From Acidimicrobiia bacterium (GTDB lineage Bacteria; Actinomycetota; Acidimicrobiia; Acidimicrobiales; Poriferisodalaceae), in assembly GCA_022820505.1 (NCBI GenBank), contig JAJEFK010000014.1, positions 80,206 through 144,205 on the forward strand: 64,000 bases of DNA, read 5' to 3'. The notes beneath the pieces are model-generated. The model did no database searches and had not been told where the DNA came from. It saw only the letters and a list, made by a program, of their open reading frames with translations. This document shows positions 18,538 to 28,485 of the stretch, piece by piece (positions within the stretch are counted from its first letter, which is position 1; each line of letters opens with the position of its first letter). A program made the translations under genes and the position numbers.

Positions 18538-21500
18538 ATGACGACGCGAGCGGCTCCCGCCGCCCAGAACGGCACCGGCAGCACGCCGGGGCGGCCCGCC
18601 GCGCCATGGCGCATCGGCGTGGACGTGGGGGGCACCTTCACCGACCTGGTGCTCGCCGATGCGCAGGGCGCGACCTGGGTGGCGAAGGTTCCCTCGGTGC
18701 CTGCCGATCCCAGCCGCGGCGTGCACGCGGCGCTGGCCCGCCTCGCCGTGGATCTCGGCATGCCGTTGGACGAGGTGCTTGCCGGCTGCGCCCTGTTCGT
18801 GCACGGCTCCACCGTCGCCACCAACACGATGCTGGAGGGCACCGGCGCGGTCGTCGGGCTGATCGCCACCGAGGGATTCCGCGATGCGCTGGAGATCCGC
18901 CGTGGGCTGCGAGAGGACCAGTGGAACCACCGGGCTCCGTTTGCCCCGGTGCTCGTGCCGCGCTACTTGCGGGCCACGCTGGGCGGGCGTATCGATGCCG
19001 ACGGCAGCGAGCACGCTCCGCTCGACCTGGAGGGCTTGGGCCCGGTGCTCGAGCACTTCGACAGCCACGATGTCGAGGCCGTGGCCATCGCATTCATGAA
19101 CTCGTTCGTGAACGACGCCCACGAGCGTGCGGCGGCCGAAGCAGTGAGCGAGCAGTGGGACGGCACGTGGGTCACCACATCGACAGCGGTCTCGTCGCTG
19201 ATGGGCGAGTACGAGCGGACGTCTACCGCTGTGGTCAACGCTTCGCTGTCGCCGAAGATCGTCTCGTACCTGCGCAAGCTGAACGACGAGCTCGCCGCGG
19301 CCGGATTGCGCCACTCGATCCTGCTCGTCCAGTCCAATGGCGGCGCTGCGTCGGTCGACCAGGTGTCCGAGCGGCCCGTCAACCTGCTGCTCAGCGGCCC
19401 CGCTGCCGCGATCGGTGCGCTGAACCTGTACCGCGACGCCACCGATGCTGCACTCGTCACCGACGAGAACACCTCGGCAGTCGCCGGGAACCTGATCTCG
19501 ATGGAGATCGGCGGCACGTCATGCGACGTGCTGCTGATGTCGGGCGGCGACGTGGACACCCGCGACGACATCATGATCGCCGGCTACCACGTCTCCACCC
19601 CGGCGATCGACATTCACACGATCGGCGCGGGCGGCGGCACCATCGCCGGAGTCGACGAGGCCGGCCTGCTCTACGTAGGGCCGCAGGGCGCGGGGGCCGA
19701 TCCTGGCCCTGCCTGCTACGGCCACGGCGGCACGCTCCCGACGGTCACCGATGCGCAACTCGTGCTCGGCCGGCTGCGACCGGGCAAGTCGGCGGGCGGC
19801 ACGCTCGACCTCGACATCGACGCCGCCCATGAAGCGATCCGCACCCATGTAGCCGAGCCGCTCGGCATGACCGTCGAAGAGGCCGCCGCCGGCATCGTGG
19901 AGGTTGTCGAGCAGCACCTGCTCAGCGCCACCGAGCACATCTCGATCGAGCGAGGCCACTCGCCCCGGCGCTTCACGATGGTGGCCGCCGGCGGTGCCGG
20001 CCCGATGCACGGCGCCTCGGTGGCCGCCGGGCTCGGCTGCGAGCGCGTGTACGTGCCTCGCGACGCCGGCGCGCTCTGTGCGATCGGCATGCTGCACTCC
20101 GACGTCCGCCAGGACTTCACCCGCTTCTTGATGGGTTCGCTCGACGAGCTGGATCTCGCCGAGATCGACACCGGGTTCGAGGGCCTGCGCGCCCAAGCCC
20201 TCGACGTGATGGACGGGGAGGGCTTCGCCGCCGGTCAGGTGACGCTCGATTGCGAACTGGAACTGCATCATCCCGGCCAGCTCTGGACGATCCGCGTTCC
20301 CGCCTACGGCGACGACCCGTCCACGGTCGACGCGACAGCGGTGCGAGGTGCCTTCGAAGCCGAATACCAGCGGCTGTACGGCCATGTCCAGCAGGACGGC
20401 ACGATCATGGTGGCATCGCTGCGCTTGGTGGCACGGGCGAGCACGGGTGACGTGGCCACTTCCGAGACGGCGCCCGCAGAGGGCGATCCGGAGCCCATCG
20501 AGACGCGCTCGGTCTGGCACGGCCCGTTCGGCTGGTGCGACACACCGGTGTTCGACGGCGAGGTGCTGCGGCGCGGTCACACGATCATGGGGCCTGCGCT
20601 GGTCGAGGAGCTGACCACGACGGTCGTGGCACGACCGGGTGACCGGCTGTGGGTGGATGCGAACGGCGACCTGTTCATCGACCTGGCACCCGCCGACGAA
20701 GCCGAGCGCTCCACAGGGTCGGGCGATGCGGCCGTGTCCCGCAGCGTCCAATCGGGCCGGGCTCGCAGCGAGGCGAACGGGGTCGAGCTTGACCCGATCG
20801 TGCTCGCTGTTATGCAGAACCGGCTCGACCAGATCAGCAAGCACATGGGCTGGGTGATGACGCGCACGGCGCGCAGCACCATCTTCAGCCAGAGCCACGA
20901 CTTCTCCTGCTACGTGACCACGCCCGACGGGACGCTCGTGGCCAATGCCGACGGCATCCCCATTCACACCGGCGGCGGCGGGTTCGCGGTGCGTGCGCTG
21001 CTGAAGCGCTACGAGGGCCGCATCAACCCCGAGGACGTGTTCCTGCTGTCGGACCCCTACGTGGCCGGCGGCAACCACCTGCCCGACTGGGTCATCGCGA
21101 GACCCGTCTTCACCGAAGGGGACAGTGACAGCGGTGCGCCCACGCTGGTCGGTTTCTGCTGCAACCGTGCGCACCAGTCCGACATCGGCGGCGGGCTCGC
21201 CGGCACCTACAACCCCGAGGCAACCGAGATCTGGCAGGAGGGCATCCGGCTGCCGGTGATGAAGCTGATCGAGGCCGGCGCCGTCCGCGATGACCTGTGG
21301 GAACTGCTGCTGATCAACTGCCGGACGCCCGAGCTGCTCGACGGCGACCTGCTGGCGATGCTGGGCTCCACACGTATCGGCGCGGAACGGGTCCTCGGCC
21401 TGGTAGCCGAACTCGGCGTCGAGCCTTACCTGGCCTACCTCGACGGCGTGCTCACCCACGGCGAGAGGCGCATGCGCACCGCCATAACAGAGCTGCCCGA

Positions 21501-22560
21501 CGGCACCTACTACGGCGAGGACCGCACCGACAACGACTGCTTCGGCCCGGCCGACATCGCCGTGCGAGTGCACCTGAGCGTCGAGGGCGACGAGATGACG
21601 CTCGACTTCACCGGCACCGATCCGCAGATCGAGGGCTTCAAGAACAGCTCGCTGGCCAACACTTACTCGTCGGTGTTCCTGGCGGTGTCGTCGTCCTTCG
21701 ACACGTCGATCCCCCGCAATGAGGGCACCTACCGGCCGTTGACGATCATCGCCCCCGAAGGCAGCATCGTGAACGCCCTGCCGCCGGCGCCGATGACCAT
21801 GAATACGGTCTTCGTGGCCCACGAGATCGTGATCGCGGTGTGGCAGGCGCTCGCGCAAGCCGACCCAGACCGGGCCTGCGCCGCGTGGTCCAAAACCATG
21901 CACGGCCATGTCGCCGGGCGCCGCGACGACGGCACCACCTGGGTGATGTACCAGTGGCATGCCATGGCCACGCCCGGCGCAACGGCCGAGCGCGACGGCT
22001 TCCCGCAGATGGGACATCTCATCACGCTCGGCGGCCTCGACCTGCCGAACCTGGAGTTTCACGAGCAGATGTACCCCGTGCGGTATGTCCGCCACGAGCA
22101 GCGCTGCGACAACGCCGGGCCGGGCCAGCGGCGCGGCGGCACCGGGGTGCGGTATGAAGCCGACATTCTCGAGCCCGCCATCTGGTCGTTCCGGGCCGAG
22201 GGGCTGGACACGCCGTCGGGGCACGGTGTGCGCGGTGGCGGCACCGGCGGGATCGGCTTGGAGTGGATCGTCCCCGTCGACGTTGAGGACGATGGCCCGA
22301 CATTCGTGCCGCCCAAGTACGGCGTGAAGCGGATGGGGCCGGCACGCATGATCGCCGACACGCCCGGCGGGGGCGGCTGGGGCGACGCGTTCGAGCGGGA
22401 GCCCGACGCAGTGCTGCGGGACGTGATGGACGACGTTGTCAGCGTCGAGGGCGCCCGCCGTGACTACGGCGTGGTGATCGGCGACGATGGCCGATCCGTC
22501 GATGTCGAAGCCACCGTTCGGCTGCGTGCCGAGGGCCCGACCGCTGCATCTTCCGCCTGA
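18538..22560 (+). CDS. Fused hydantoinase/oxoprolinase HyuA-HyuB (ATP-dependent cyclic-amide hydrolase family), about 1340 aa
   Basis: HyuA start WRIGVDVGGTFTDLVLAD. The HyuB part begins near 20788 (LDPIVLAVMQNRLDQISKHMGWVMTRTARS). A Ser/Gly/Ala-rich linker joins the two parts. Confidence 0.85.
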   Translation: MTTRAAPAAQNGTGSTPGRPAAPWRIGVDVGGTFTDLVLADAQGATWVAKVPSVPADPSRGVHAALARLAVDLGMPLDEVLAGCALFVHGSTVATNTMLEGTGAVVGLIATEGFRDALEIRRGLREDQWNHRAPFAPVLVPRYLRATLGGRIDADGSEHAPLDLEGLGPVLEHFDSHDVEAVAIAFMNSFVNDAHERAAAEAVSEQWDGTWVTTSTAVSSLMGEYERTSTAVVNASLSPKIVSYLRKLNDELAAAGLRHSILLVQSNGGAASVDQVSERPVNLLLSGPAAAIGALNLYRDATDAALVTDENTSAVAGNLISMEIGGTSCDVLLMSGGDVDTRDDIMIAGYHVSTPAIDIHTIGAGGGTIAGVDEAGLLYVGPQGAGADPGPACYGHGGTLPTVTDAQLVLGRLRPGKSAGGTLDLDIDAAHEAIRTHVAEPLGMTVEEAAAGIVEVVEQHLLSATEHISIERGHSPRRFTMVAAGGAGPMHGASVAAGLGCERVYVPRDAGALCAIGMLHSDVRQDFTRFLMGSLDELDLAEIDTGFEGLRAQALDVMDGEGFAAGQVTLDCELELHHPGQLWTIRVPAYGDDPSTVDATAVRGAFEAEYQRLYGHVQQDGTIMVASLRLVARASTGDVATSETAPAEGDPEPIETRSVWHGPFGWCDTPVFDGEVLRRGHTIMGPALVEELTTTVVARPGDRLWVDANGDLFIDLAPADEAERSTGSGDAAVSRSVQSGRARSEANGVELDPIVLAVMQNRLDQISKHMGWVMTRTARSTIFSQSHDFSCYVTTPDGTLVANADGIPIHTGGGGFAVRALLKRYEGRINPEDVFLLSDPYVAGGNHLPDWVIARPVFTEGDSDSGAPTLVGFCCNRAHQSDIGGGLAGTYNPEATEIWQEGIRLPVMKLIEAGAVRDDLWELLLINCRTPELLDGDLLAMLGSTRIGAERVLGLVAELGVEPYLAYLDGVLTHGERRMRTAITELPDGTYYGEDRTDNDCFGPADIAVRVHLSVEGDEMTLDFTGTDPQIEGFKNSSLANTYSSVFLAVSSSFDTSIPRNEGTYRPLTIIAPEGSIVNALPPAPMTMNTVFVAHEIVIAVWQALAQADPDRACAAWSKTMHGHVAGRRDDGTTWVMYQWHAMATPGATAERDGFPQMGHLITLGGLDLPNLEFHEQMYPVRYVRHEQRCDNAGPGQRRGGTGVRYEADILEPAIWSFRAEGLDTPSGHGVRGGGTGGIGLEWIVPVDVEDDGPTFVPPKYGVKRMGPARMIADTPGGGGWGDAFEREPDAVLRDVMDDVVSVEGARRDYGVVIGDDGRSVDVEATVRLRAEGPTAASSA

Positions 22561-22629
22561 ACCCCGGAACCTGAGCCCCGCACTACCGCCCCGCAGAGAG
22601 TCCTGATCCCCGAACAGGGAGAATTCGCA

Positions 22630-23427
22630 ATGACGCTCGTGCTCGTTCACGGCAACCCCGAGACAACCGCCATCTGGGATCCGATGCGCGCCGCCCTCGA
22701 GCGCCACGGCATCGGCCCTGCCGACGTTGTGGCGCTGTCGCCGCCGGGGTTCGGCGTACCGGCGCCCGAGGGCTTCGGCGCCAGCATGAACGAGTACAGG
22801 GACTGGCTCGCAGCCGAGCTGGAGCAACTGCTCGCGGCAGGCGCCGAGCACGTGGACCTGCTGGGGCATGACTGGGGAGGTGGCCATGTCATGCGCATCG
22901 CCATGGAACGCCCAGACCTGATCCGCTCGTGGTGCACCGACGTCATCGGCCTGTTCGATCCCGACTACGTCTGGCACGACGCGGCACAGATCTGGCAGAC
23001 GCCCGAGGGGGACGCCTCCATCGAGCGCATGATCAGCCGTCCTGACGCCGAACGAGTCGCCTTCTATGCAGGTCTCGGCATGGGACCCGAGGTGGCCGAA
23101 GCCGTGGTGCCGCACATCAACGCCGACATGGGCCGGTGCATCCTGGCGCTCTACCGCGATGCTGCCCAGCCCGCCATGGCCGACCTGGGCTTCAACATCG
23201 CAGCGGCCGGTCGGCGGCCCGGCCTGTGCATCCTGGCAGCCGGCGATCACTTCACCGGCGGCGGTGTCATGCACCGCCGCATCGCCACCCGCGCCGGTGC
23301 CCGAGTCACCGAGTTGCTGGATGTAGGCCACTGGTGGATGTGCGAGAACCCGGGCCTCGCAGCGCACACTGTGGCGAGTTGGCTGGCATCGCTCGACAGA
23401 GCCGCCACCGCTCGGGCCGGCGGTTGA
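22630..23427 (+). CDS. Alpha/beta hydrolase with Asp nucleophile (epoxide hydrolase/dehalogenase-like)
   Basis: HGxP motif (VHGNPET) and GHDWGG in place of GxSxG. Confidence 0.75.
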   Translation: MTLVLVHGNPETTAIWDPMRAALERHGIGPADVVALSPPGFGVPAPEGFGASMNEYRDWLAAELEQLLAAGAEHVDLLGHDWGGGHVMRIAMERPDLIRSWCTDVIGLFDPDYVWHDAAQIWQTPEGDASIERMISRPDAERVAFYAGLGMGPEVAEAVVPHINADMGRCILALYRDAAQPAMADLGFNIAAAGRRPGLCILAAGDHFTGGGVMHRRIATRAGARVTELLDVGHWWMCENPGLAAHTVASWLASLDRAATARAGG

Positions 23428-23578
23428 ACGAGCGGCCCGGCAGCCCGTCCTGCGGCGAACAGCGCCGGCTGGGCGTTGGGCTACTGTCGCGGCTGACGCC
23501 CGGTCGTGCGCGGCCGGGCACGCCGTTCTGAACGCAATCCGGCGCCCCGCAGGGGTGCCAGCCACAAGGGGGCAAGCG

Positions 23579-25891
23579 ATGGCCGCATCGGGTTCGATCC
23601 TGGGGAATCCTGTTCAGCGCAAGGAAGATCCTGGGCTGCTGACCGGGGCGAATCACTACGTCGACGACCTTGACGTCGACGCGGCGCGAGTCGCCTTCGT
23701 GCGCTCGCCGGAGGCCCACGCCGAGATCGTCTCCATCGACACCTCCGAGGCGGCGTCCATGCCGGGCGTCGTGGCGGTGTACACGGCGGAGAATCTGCCG
23801 ATGGATGCGTTCCAGGGCTTCCCGATGATGCCGCCCGACTTCAACCGCCCGCCGTTGGCGGCGGGCCGGGTGCGCTTCGTGGGCGACATGGTGGCGGCAG
23901 TGGTCGCAGAAACCCAAGCGCAGGCGAATGACGCAGCAGAGGCTGTCTACGTCGACTACAGCCCCCTGCCGGTCGTCTCGGACTTCGAGCGGGCTGCTGA
24001 TCCCGACTCGCCCGTCGTATGGGACGGTCAGCCATCCAACGTGTGCTTCCCGTTCGCGATTCCGGGCCCAGACGAGGAAACCGGCGAGCGGCCGGGAGTG
24101 GATGCCCTCGCCGGTGCTGACCAGGTCGTGTCGGAGCGCATCGTCACCCAGCGCCTGGCGGGCGCTCCGATGGAGCCCAACGGGTGCGTGGCCGTGCCGG
24201 GTGGCGACGGCAGCATGACCATGCACCTGTCGGTGCAGAACGCCCACTCCCAGCATGAGGCGCTCGCACCCGCGCTCGGCCTCGAACCGGATCAGCTGCG
24301 GGTGACCGCACCGTGGGTCGGCGGCGGCTTCGGCCCGAAGGCCGCGGTGTACCCCGAGTACATCGTGGTCGGCAAAGCTGCCCAGGCACTGGGCCGCCCG
24401 ACCCGGTGGACCGAGAACCGCACCGAGAACATGCTGTCGATGGTGCAGGGCCGCGCCATGGTGATGAACGTGGAGATGGGCGTACGCAACGACGGCAGCA
24501 TCGTTGGCCTGAAGGCGCACGTGATCGCCGACGCCGGGGCGTACCCGATCATCGGTGCAATCCTGCCGATGCTCACAGGAATGCTCAGCCAGGCCGTGTA
24601 CGACATTCCCGTCATCGACTTCGTCTCGCAGACGGTCATCACCAACACCACGCCGATCGGTGCGTACCGCGGCGCCGGGCGTCCAGAGGCGACCCAGATG
24701 GTGGAGCGCATCCTGGACAAGGCCGCTGCCGCGATCGGCATGGACCCGGCCGAGATCCGGCGCAAGAACTACCTGCAGCCCGATGCCTTCCCGACCGCCC
24801 TGCAGACGGGCGTCAGCTACGACTCCGGCGAGTACGAGCAGGCCCTCGACGCCGTGCTCGAAGCCTCCGGCTATGCCGATCTGCGAGCCGAGCAGCAGGC
24901 CCGGCGCGACGCCGGCGACTCGAAGCTGCTGGGCATCGGCGTGTCGTCGTACGTGGAGATCACCGCTCCGGTGGGCCTGCACGTGGAGTACGGCAGCACC
25001 GAAGTGCACGAAGACGGCACAGCCACGATCCGGGTGGGCACCTCCAGCCACGGTCAGGGCCACGACACGGCATTCAGCCAGATCGTCGAGGGAGTGCTGG
25101 GCATTCCCATGGATCAGGTCACCCACCTCGATGCCGACACCGCCGAGGTGCCTTCGGGTGCGGGCACGCTGGGCTCGCGCTCGCTGCAGACGGCTGGTTC
25201 GGCCGTGTACCTGTCGAGCCAAGCCGTGTTGGAAAAGGGCAAGCAGCTCGCCGCTCACCTGCTCGAGGCGTCTGCCGACGACATCGTGGTGGCCGAAGGC
25301 GGCCTAGCAGTTGCCGGCGTGCCGACCAGCTCGGTGAGCTGGGCCGACATCGCCAAGCTGGCCAACGACGACAGTGCCCGCCCGTCAGGTCTCGAGGCAG
25401 GCCTGATGGCCGAAGAGAACTTCGACGGCACCGATTCCACGTTCCCGTTCGGCTCCCATGTGGCCGTCGTCGAGGTCGACCGCGACACCGGCGAGGTCGA
25501 GCTGGTGCGCCACGTGGCCGTCGACGACTGCGGCACCATCATGAATCCGCTGATCGTGAACGGCCAGCAGCACGGCGGCATTGCCCAAGGCATCGCGCAG
25601 GCGTTGTACGAGCATGTCGAGTACGACGGCGACGGCCAGCCCCGCAACCCGAGTCTCGGCGACTACCTGGTGCCTTCGGCCGCCGAGCTGCCGAGCTTCG
25701 AGGTGTCCAACACCGAGACCGCCAGCCCCCGCAACCCGCTGGGCGCCAAGGGCATCGGCGAGTCGGGCACGATCGGCTCCACGCCGGCGGTGCACAACGC
25801 CGTATGCGATGCAGTCGCCCACCTGGGCATCGACCACATCGACATGCCCTGCAGCCCCCAGAACGTCTGGCGAGCACTCCAGAACGCCTGA
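23579..25891 (+). CDS. Molybdopterin-dependent hydroxylase large subunit, form-II CoxL-like
   Basis: N-terminus NPVQRKEDPGLLTG. Active-site loop AYRGAGR is the form-II type, not the form-I CO-dehydrogenase motif. ATG at 23579 follows AAGGGGG. Confidence 0.85.
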   Translation: MAASGSILGNPVQRKEDPGLLTGANHYVDDLDVDAARVAFVRSPEAHAEIVSIDTSEAASMPGVVAVYTAENLPMDAFQGFPMMPPDFNRPPLAAGRVRFVGDMVAAVVAETQAQANDAAEAVYVDYSPLPVVSDFERAADPDSPVVWDGQPSNVCFPFAIPGPDEETGERPGVDALAGADQVVSERIVTQRLAGAPMEPNGCVAVPGGDGSMTMHLSVQNAHSQHEALAPALGLEPDQLRVTAPWVGGGFGPKAAVYPEYIVVGKAAQALGRPTRWTENRTENMLSMVQGRAMVMNVEMGVRNDGSIVGLKAHVIADAGAYPIIGAILPMLTGMLSQAVYDIPVIDFVSQTVITNTTPIGAYRGAGRPEATQMVERILDKAAAAIGMDPAEIRRKNYLQPDAFPTALQTGVSYDSGEYEQALDAVLEASGYADLRAEQQARRDAGDSKLLGIGVSSYVEITAPVGLHVEYGSTEVHEDGTATIRVGTSSHGQGHDTAFSQIVEGVLGIPMDQVTHLDADTAEVPSGAGTLGSRSLQTAGSAVYLSSQAVLEKGKQLAAHLLEASADDIVVAEGGLAVAGVPTSSVSWADIAKLANDDSARPSGLEAGLMAEENFDGTDSTFPFGSHVAVVEVDRDTGEVELVRHVAVDDCGTIMNPLIVNGQQHGGIAQGIAQALYEHVEYDGDGQPRNPSLGDYLVPSAAELPSFEVSNTETASPRNPLGAKGIGESGTIGSTPAVHNAVCDAVAHLGIDHIDMPCSPQNVWRALQNA

Positions 25892-26032
25892 ACCCGCACA
25901 GCGCGGATTCCTCGCCTGCAAGGGCGCTCCTCCCCGGACGAAGCGTCGGGCAATGACGTAGCCTCTGTGCTCGCACACGCAGCGTGACCGAGCCTGCAGT
26001 CGGGTTCGGCGCGTCCTCAGAGGGGACACCAC

Positions 26033-27262
26033 ATGAGTACAGATGCAGCGACCGACCCAGTCATCGTCGCCACCACCCGCAGCCCGATCGGCCGTGCCTT
26101 CAAGGGCTCGCTGACCGAGATGCGGCCCGACGACATGACGGCGCAGATCGTCACCAAGCTGCTCGACAAGGTGCCCGAGCTGCCCCACGGCGAGATCGAG
26201 GATCTCATGCTGGGCTGCGGGCAGCCCGGCGGCGAGGCCGGCTTCAACATCGCACGCGCTTCGGCCATCCTGGCCGGGCTCGACGACGTGCCCGGCACCA
26301 CGGTCAACCGCTACTGCTCGTCCTCGTTGCAGACCATCCGCATGGCGGCACACGCCATCCGCGCCGGCGAGGGCGACGCCTTCATCGCTGCCGGCGTCGA
26401 GTGCGTCAGCCGGTATGACAAGGGCAACTCCGACAGCCTGCCCGGCACCACCAACCCGCAGTTCCGTGCGCCCGGCGAGCGGACCAAGGTGCGCTCCGAA
26501 GGCGGCCACGGCGACTGGGCTCCTGCGCCCGGGCTGCCCGACCTGTACATCGCGATGGGCCAGACGGCCGAGAACGTGGCCGAGCACAAGGGCGTCAGCC
26601 GCCAGGCCATGGACGAGTACGGCGTGATGAGCCAGAACAAGGCTGAGGCAGCCATCGGTCGCGGCTTCTTCGAGATGGACATCACCCCGCTGGAGCTGCC
26701 TGACGGCAGCGTGGTCAGCACCGACGACGGGCCCCGCGCCGGTGTCACCTACGAAGCGGTCTCGCAGCTGAAGCCTGCTTTCCGCCCCGACGGCAGGGTG
26801 ACCGCCGGCAATGCATGCCCGCTGAACGACGGCGCTGCGGCGGTCATGGTGATGAGCCGCAAGCGTGCCGAGGAGCTGGGCATCACGCCGCTGGCGCGCA
26901 TCATCTCGTCGGCAGTGTCGGCGCTGAACCCCGAGATCATGGGCCTCGGCCCCATCGAGGCGTGCAAGAAGGCACTGGCACGTGCGGGCATGACGATGAG
27001 CGACATCGACATGGTCGAGATCAACGAGGCCTTCGCTGCCCAGGTGATCCCGTCGGCAGACGAGCTGGGCATCGACATCGTCGACCAGCTGAACCTCAAC
27101 GGCGGCGCCATCGCACTGGGCCACCCGTTCGGCATGACCGGTGCCCGCATCATGACCACGCTGCTGAACGGCCTCGCCGACCGTGACAAGACCTTCGGGC
27201 TCGAGTCGATGTGCGTCGGCGGCGGTCAGGGCATGGCCATGATCGTGGAGCGGCTCAACTAG
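26033..27262 (+). CDS. Acetyl-CoA C-acetyltransferase (thiolase)
   Basis: NRYCSSSLQ (active Cys), NEAFAAQ, GHPFGMTGAR and CVGGGQGMA. Confidence 0.9.
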   Translation: MSTDAATDPVIVATTRSPIGRAFKGSLTEMRPDDMTAQIVTKLLDKVPELPHGEIEDLMLGCGQPGGEAGFNIARASAILAGLDDVPGTTVNRYCSSSLQTIRMAAHAIRAGEGDAFIAAGVECVSRYDKGNSDSLPGTTNPQFRAPGERTKVRSEGGHGDWAPAPGLPDLYIAMGQTAENVAEHKGVSRQAMDEYGVMSQNKAEAAIGRGFFEMDITPLELPDGSVVSTDDGPRAGVTYEAVSQLKPAFRPDGRVTAGNACPLNDGAAAVMVMSRKRAEELGITPLARIISSAVSALNPEIMGLGPIEACKKALARAGMTMSDIDMVEINEAFAAQVIPSADELGIDIVDQLNLNGGAIALGHPFGMTGARIMTTLLNGLADRDKTFGLESMCVGGGQGMAMIVERLN

Positions 27263-27313
27263 ATCGCCGATAACTGCCGCGCTTCGGGGCGGCGCGTCGG
27301 CAACACTGGCCGG

Positions 27314-28033
27314 GTGAACACGTCCTCGCCGACGGCACCCGGGTCCATACAGATCGTCCCGTCTGTCCTGCCTGCTGACTTTGCGCGCCTCGGAGACGAG
27401 TGCGCTGCCTTGGAGGCGGCAGGCGTCGACCGGATCCAATGGGATGTCATGGACGGCGTCTTCGTGCCGAACCTGACATTCGGCCCCGACATCATCGCTG
27501 CCTGCCGCCCCCACGCCGGCGTGATGTTCGAAGCGCACCTCATGGTCGCCGACCCCGACCCCATGCTCAGCGCCTACGTCGACGCCGGATGCGAGATGCT
27601 GATCGTGCACGCCGAGTCGGTGACGCACCTGCACCGGACGCTCAGCCGGGTTGCCGAACTGGGCGCGCAACCTGCGGTGGCCATCAATCCCTCGACGCCG
27701 ATCGACGCCGTGGCGCACGTGCTCGACTTGGTCGACATGGTGCTCGTGATGACCGTCAACCCGGGATTCGGCGGGCAGGCCTACATCGCCGCGATGGAAC
27801 CCAAGATCGCTGCCCTGCGCCAGCTCATCTCGGTGAGCGGTTCGGCTGGGGCCTCGGGCGCGGGCATCGACATCGAGGTGGACGGCGGCATTTCGGCCGA
27901 GACCATCGGCGGTGCTGCTGCGGCCGGCGCCAACGTCCTCGTATCAGGCAGCGCGCTGTACCGCTATGACGAGGGGCTCGCGCACGGCGTCGCGGACCTG
28001 CGCTGCCGTGCGGAGGCTGCGTTCCGGGCGTGA
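27314..28033 (+). CDS. rpe: Ribulose-phosphate 3-epimerase
   Basis: IVPSVLPADFARLGDE...DRIQWDVMDGVFVPNLTFG and VMTVNPGFGGQ. GTG start. Confidence 0.9.
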   Translation: MNTSSPTAPGSIQIVPSVLPADFARLGDECAALEAAGVDRIQWDVMDGVFVPNLTFGPDIIAACRPHAGVMFEAHLMVADPDPMLSAYVDAGCEMLIVHAESVTHLHRTLSRVAELGAQPAVAINPSTPIDAVAHVLDLVDMVLVMTVNPGFGGQAYIAAMEPKIAALRQLISVSGSAGASGAGIDIEVDGGISAETIGGAAAAGANVLVSGSALYRYDEGLAHGVADLRCRAEAAFRA

Positions 28034-28485
28034 TGACCGTGACCGCTCGCCGGCGCTGGCTCCTCATCGCCGCCGCCGTCGTAGCGGTGGCGCTTGCCTT
28101 GCGACTGACGCTGTGGCGTGACAGCGGGGAACCCTCCGTCGAGGAGTTCTGCGCTGAGTTCGCCCACCTGCTGGTCGTGGACCAGCTCAGCCTGACGGTC
28201 AACCCGAATGACGACACCAGTACCCGCGAGGCAATGGACCGCACTGCCCGCCAGTTCGCAGATGCTGCGGCGGCGGCACCAGCGGAAATCCGCCCCGACA
28301 TGGTGCTGCTGGCCGACTTGACTGCCGCACTGTCGGAGGCCGTCGCCGAGACCGCTTCACGCGAGACGTTCGACCGCGCCGCGGCCGTGATTGCGGCACA
28401 GGATCCGTTCCTCGAGACGCAGGATGCCGCCACCCAGCGAGTCGTCGACTACGTCACCCGCAATTGCACTGCTGCGCCTGGCTAG
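28030..28485 (+). CDS. Hypothetical membrane-anchored protein
   Basis: The start overlaps the rpe stop (GTGATGA). N-terminal RRRWLLIAAAVVAVALAL transmembrane/signal anchor. I recognise no family. Confidence 0.5.
   Translation: MMTVTARRRWLLIAAAVVAVALALRLTLWRDSGEPSVEEFCAEFAHLLVVDQLSLTVNPNDDTSTREAMDRTARQFADAAAAAPAEIRPDMVLLADLTAALSEAVAETASRETFDRAAAVIAAQDPFLETQDAATQRVVDYVTRNCTAAPG

Noticed and set aside
19519-23565. 1348-aa ORF on the - strand
   Set aside because: It is antisense to the HyuAB gene and the alpha/beta hydrolase. The composition is low-complexity Arg/Gly/Ala/His with no motifs. It is a shadow ORF.
23579-25891. Carbon-monoxide dehydrogenase (CoxL) call
   Set aside because: The active-site loop is AYRGAGR (form II), not the form-I CO-dehydrogenase signature, and no coxM, coxS or accessory genes are adjacent.
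25385-27718. 777-aa ORF (-), and likewise the 833-aa ORF at 48745..51246 (-)
   Set aside because: They are antisense to coxL-like/thiolase/rpe and to the carboxylase respectively. The opposite-strand genes have clear catalytic motifs, and these do not.
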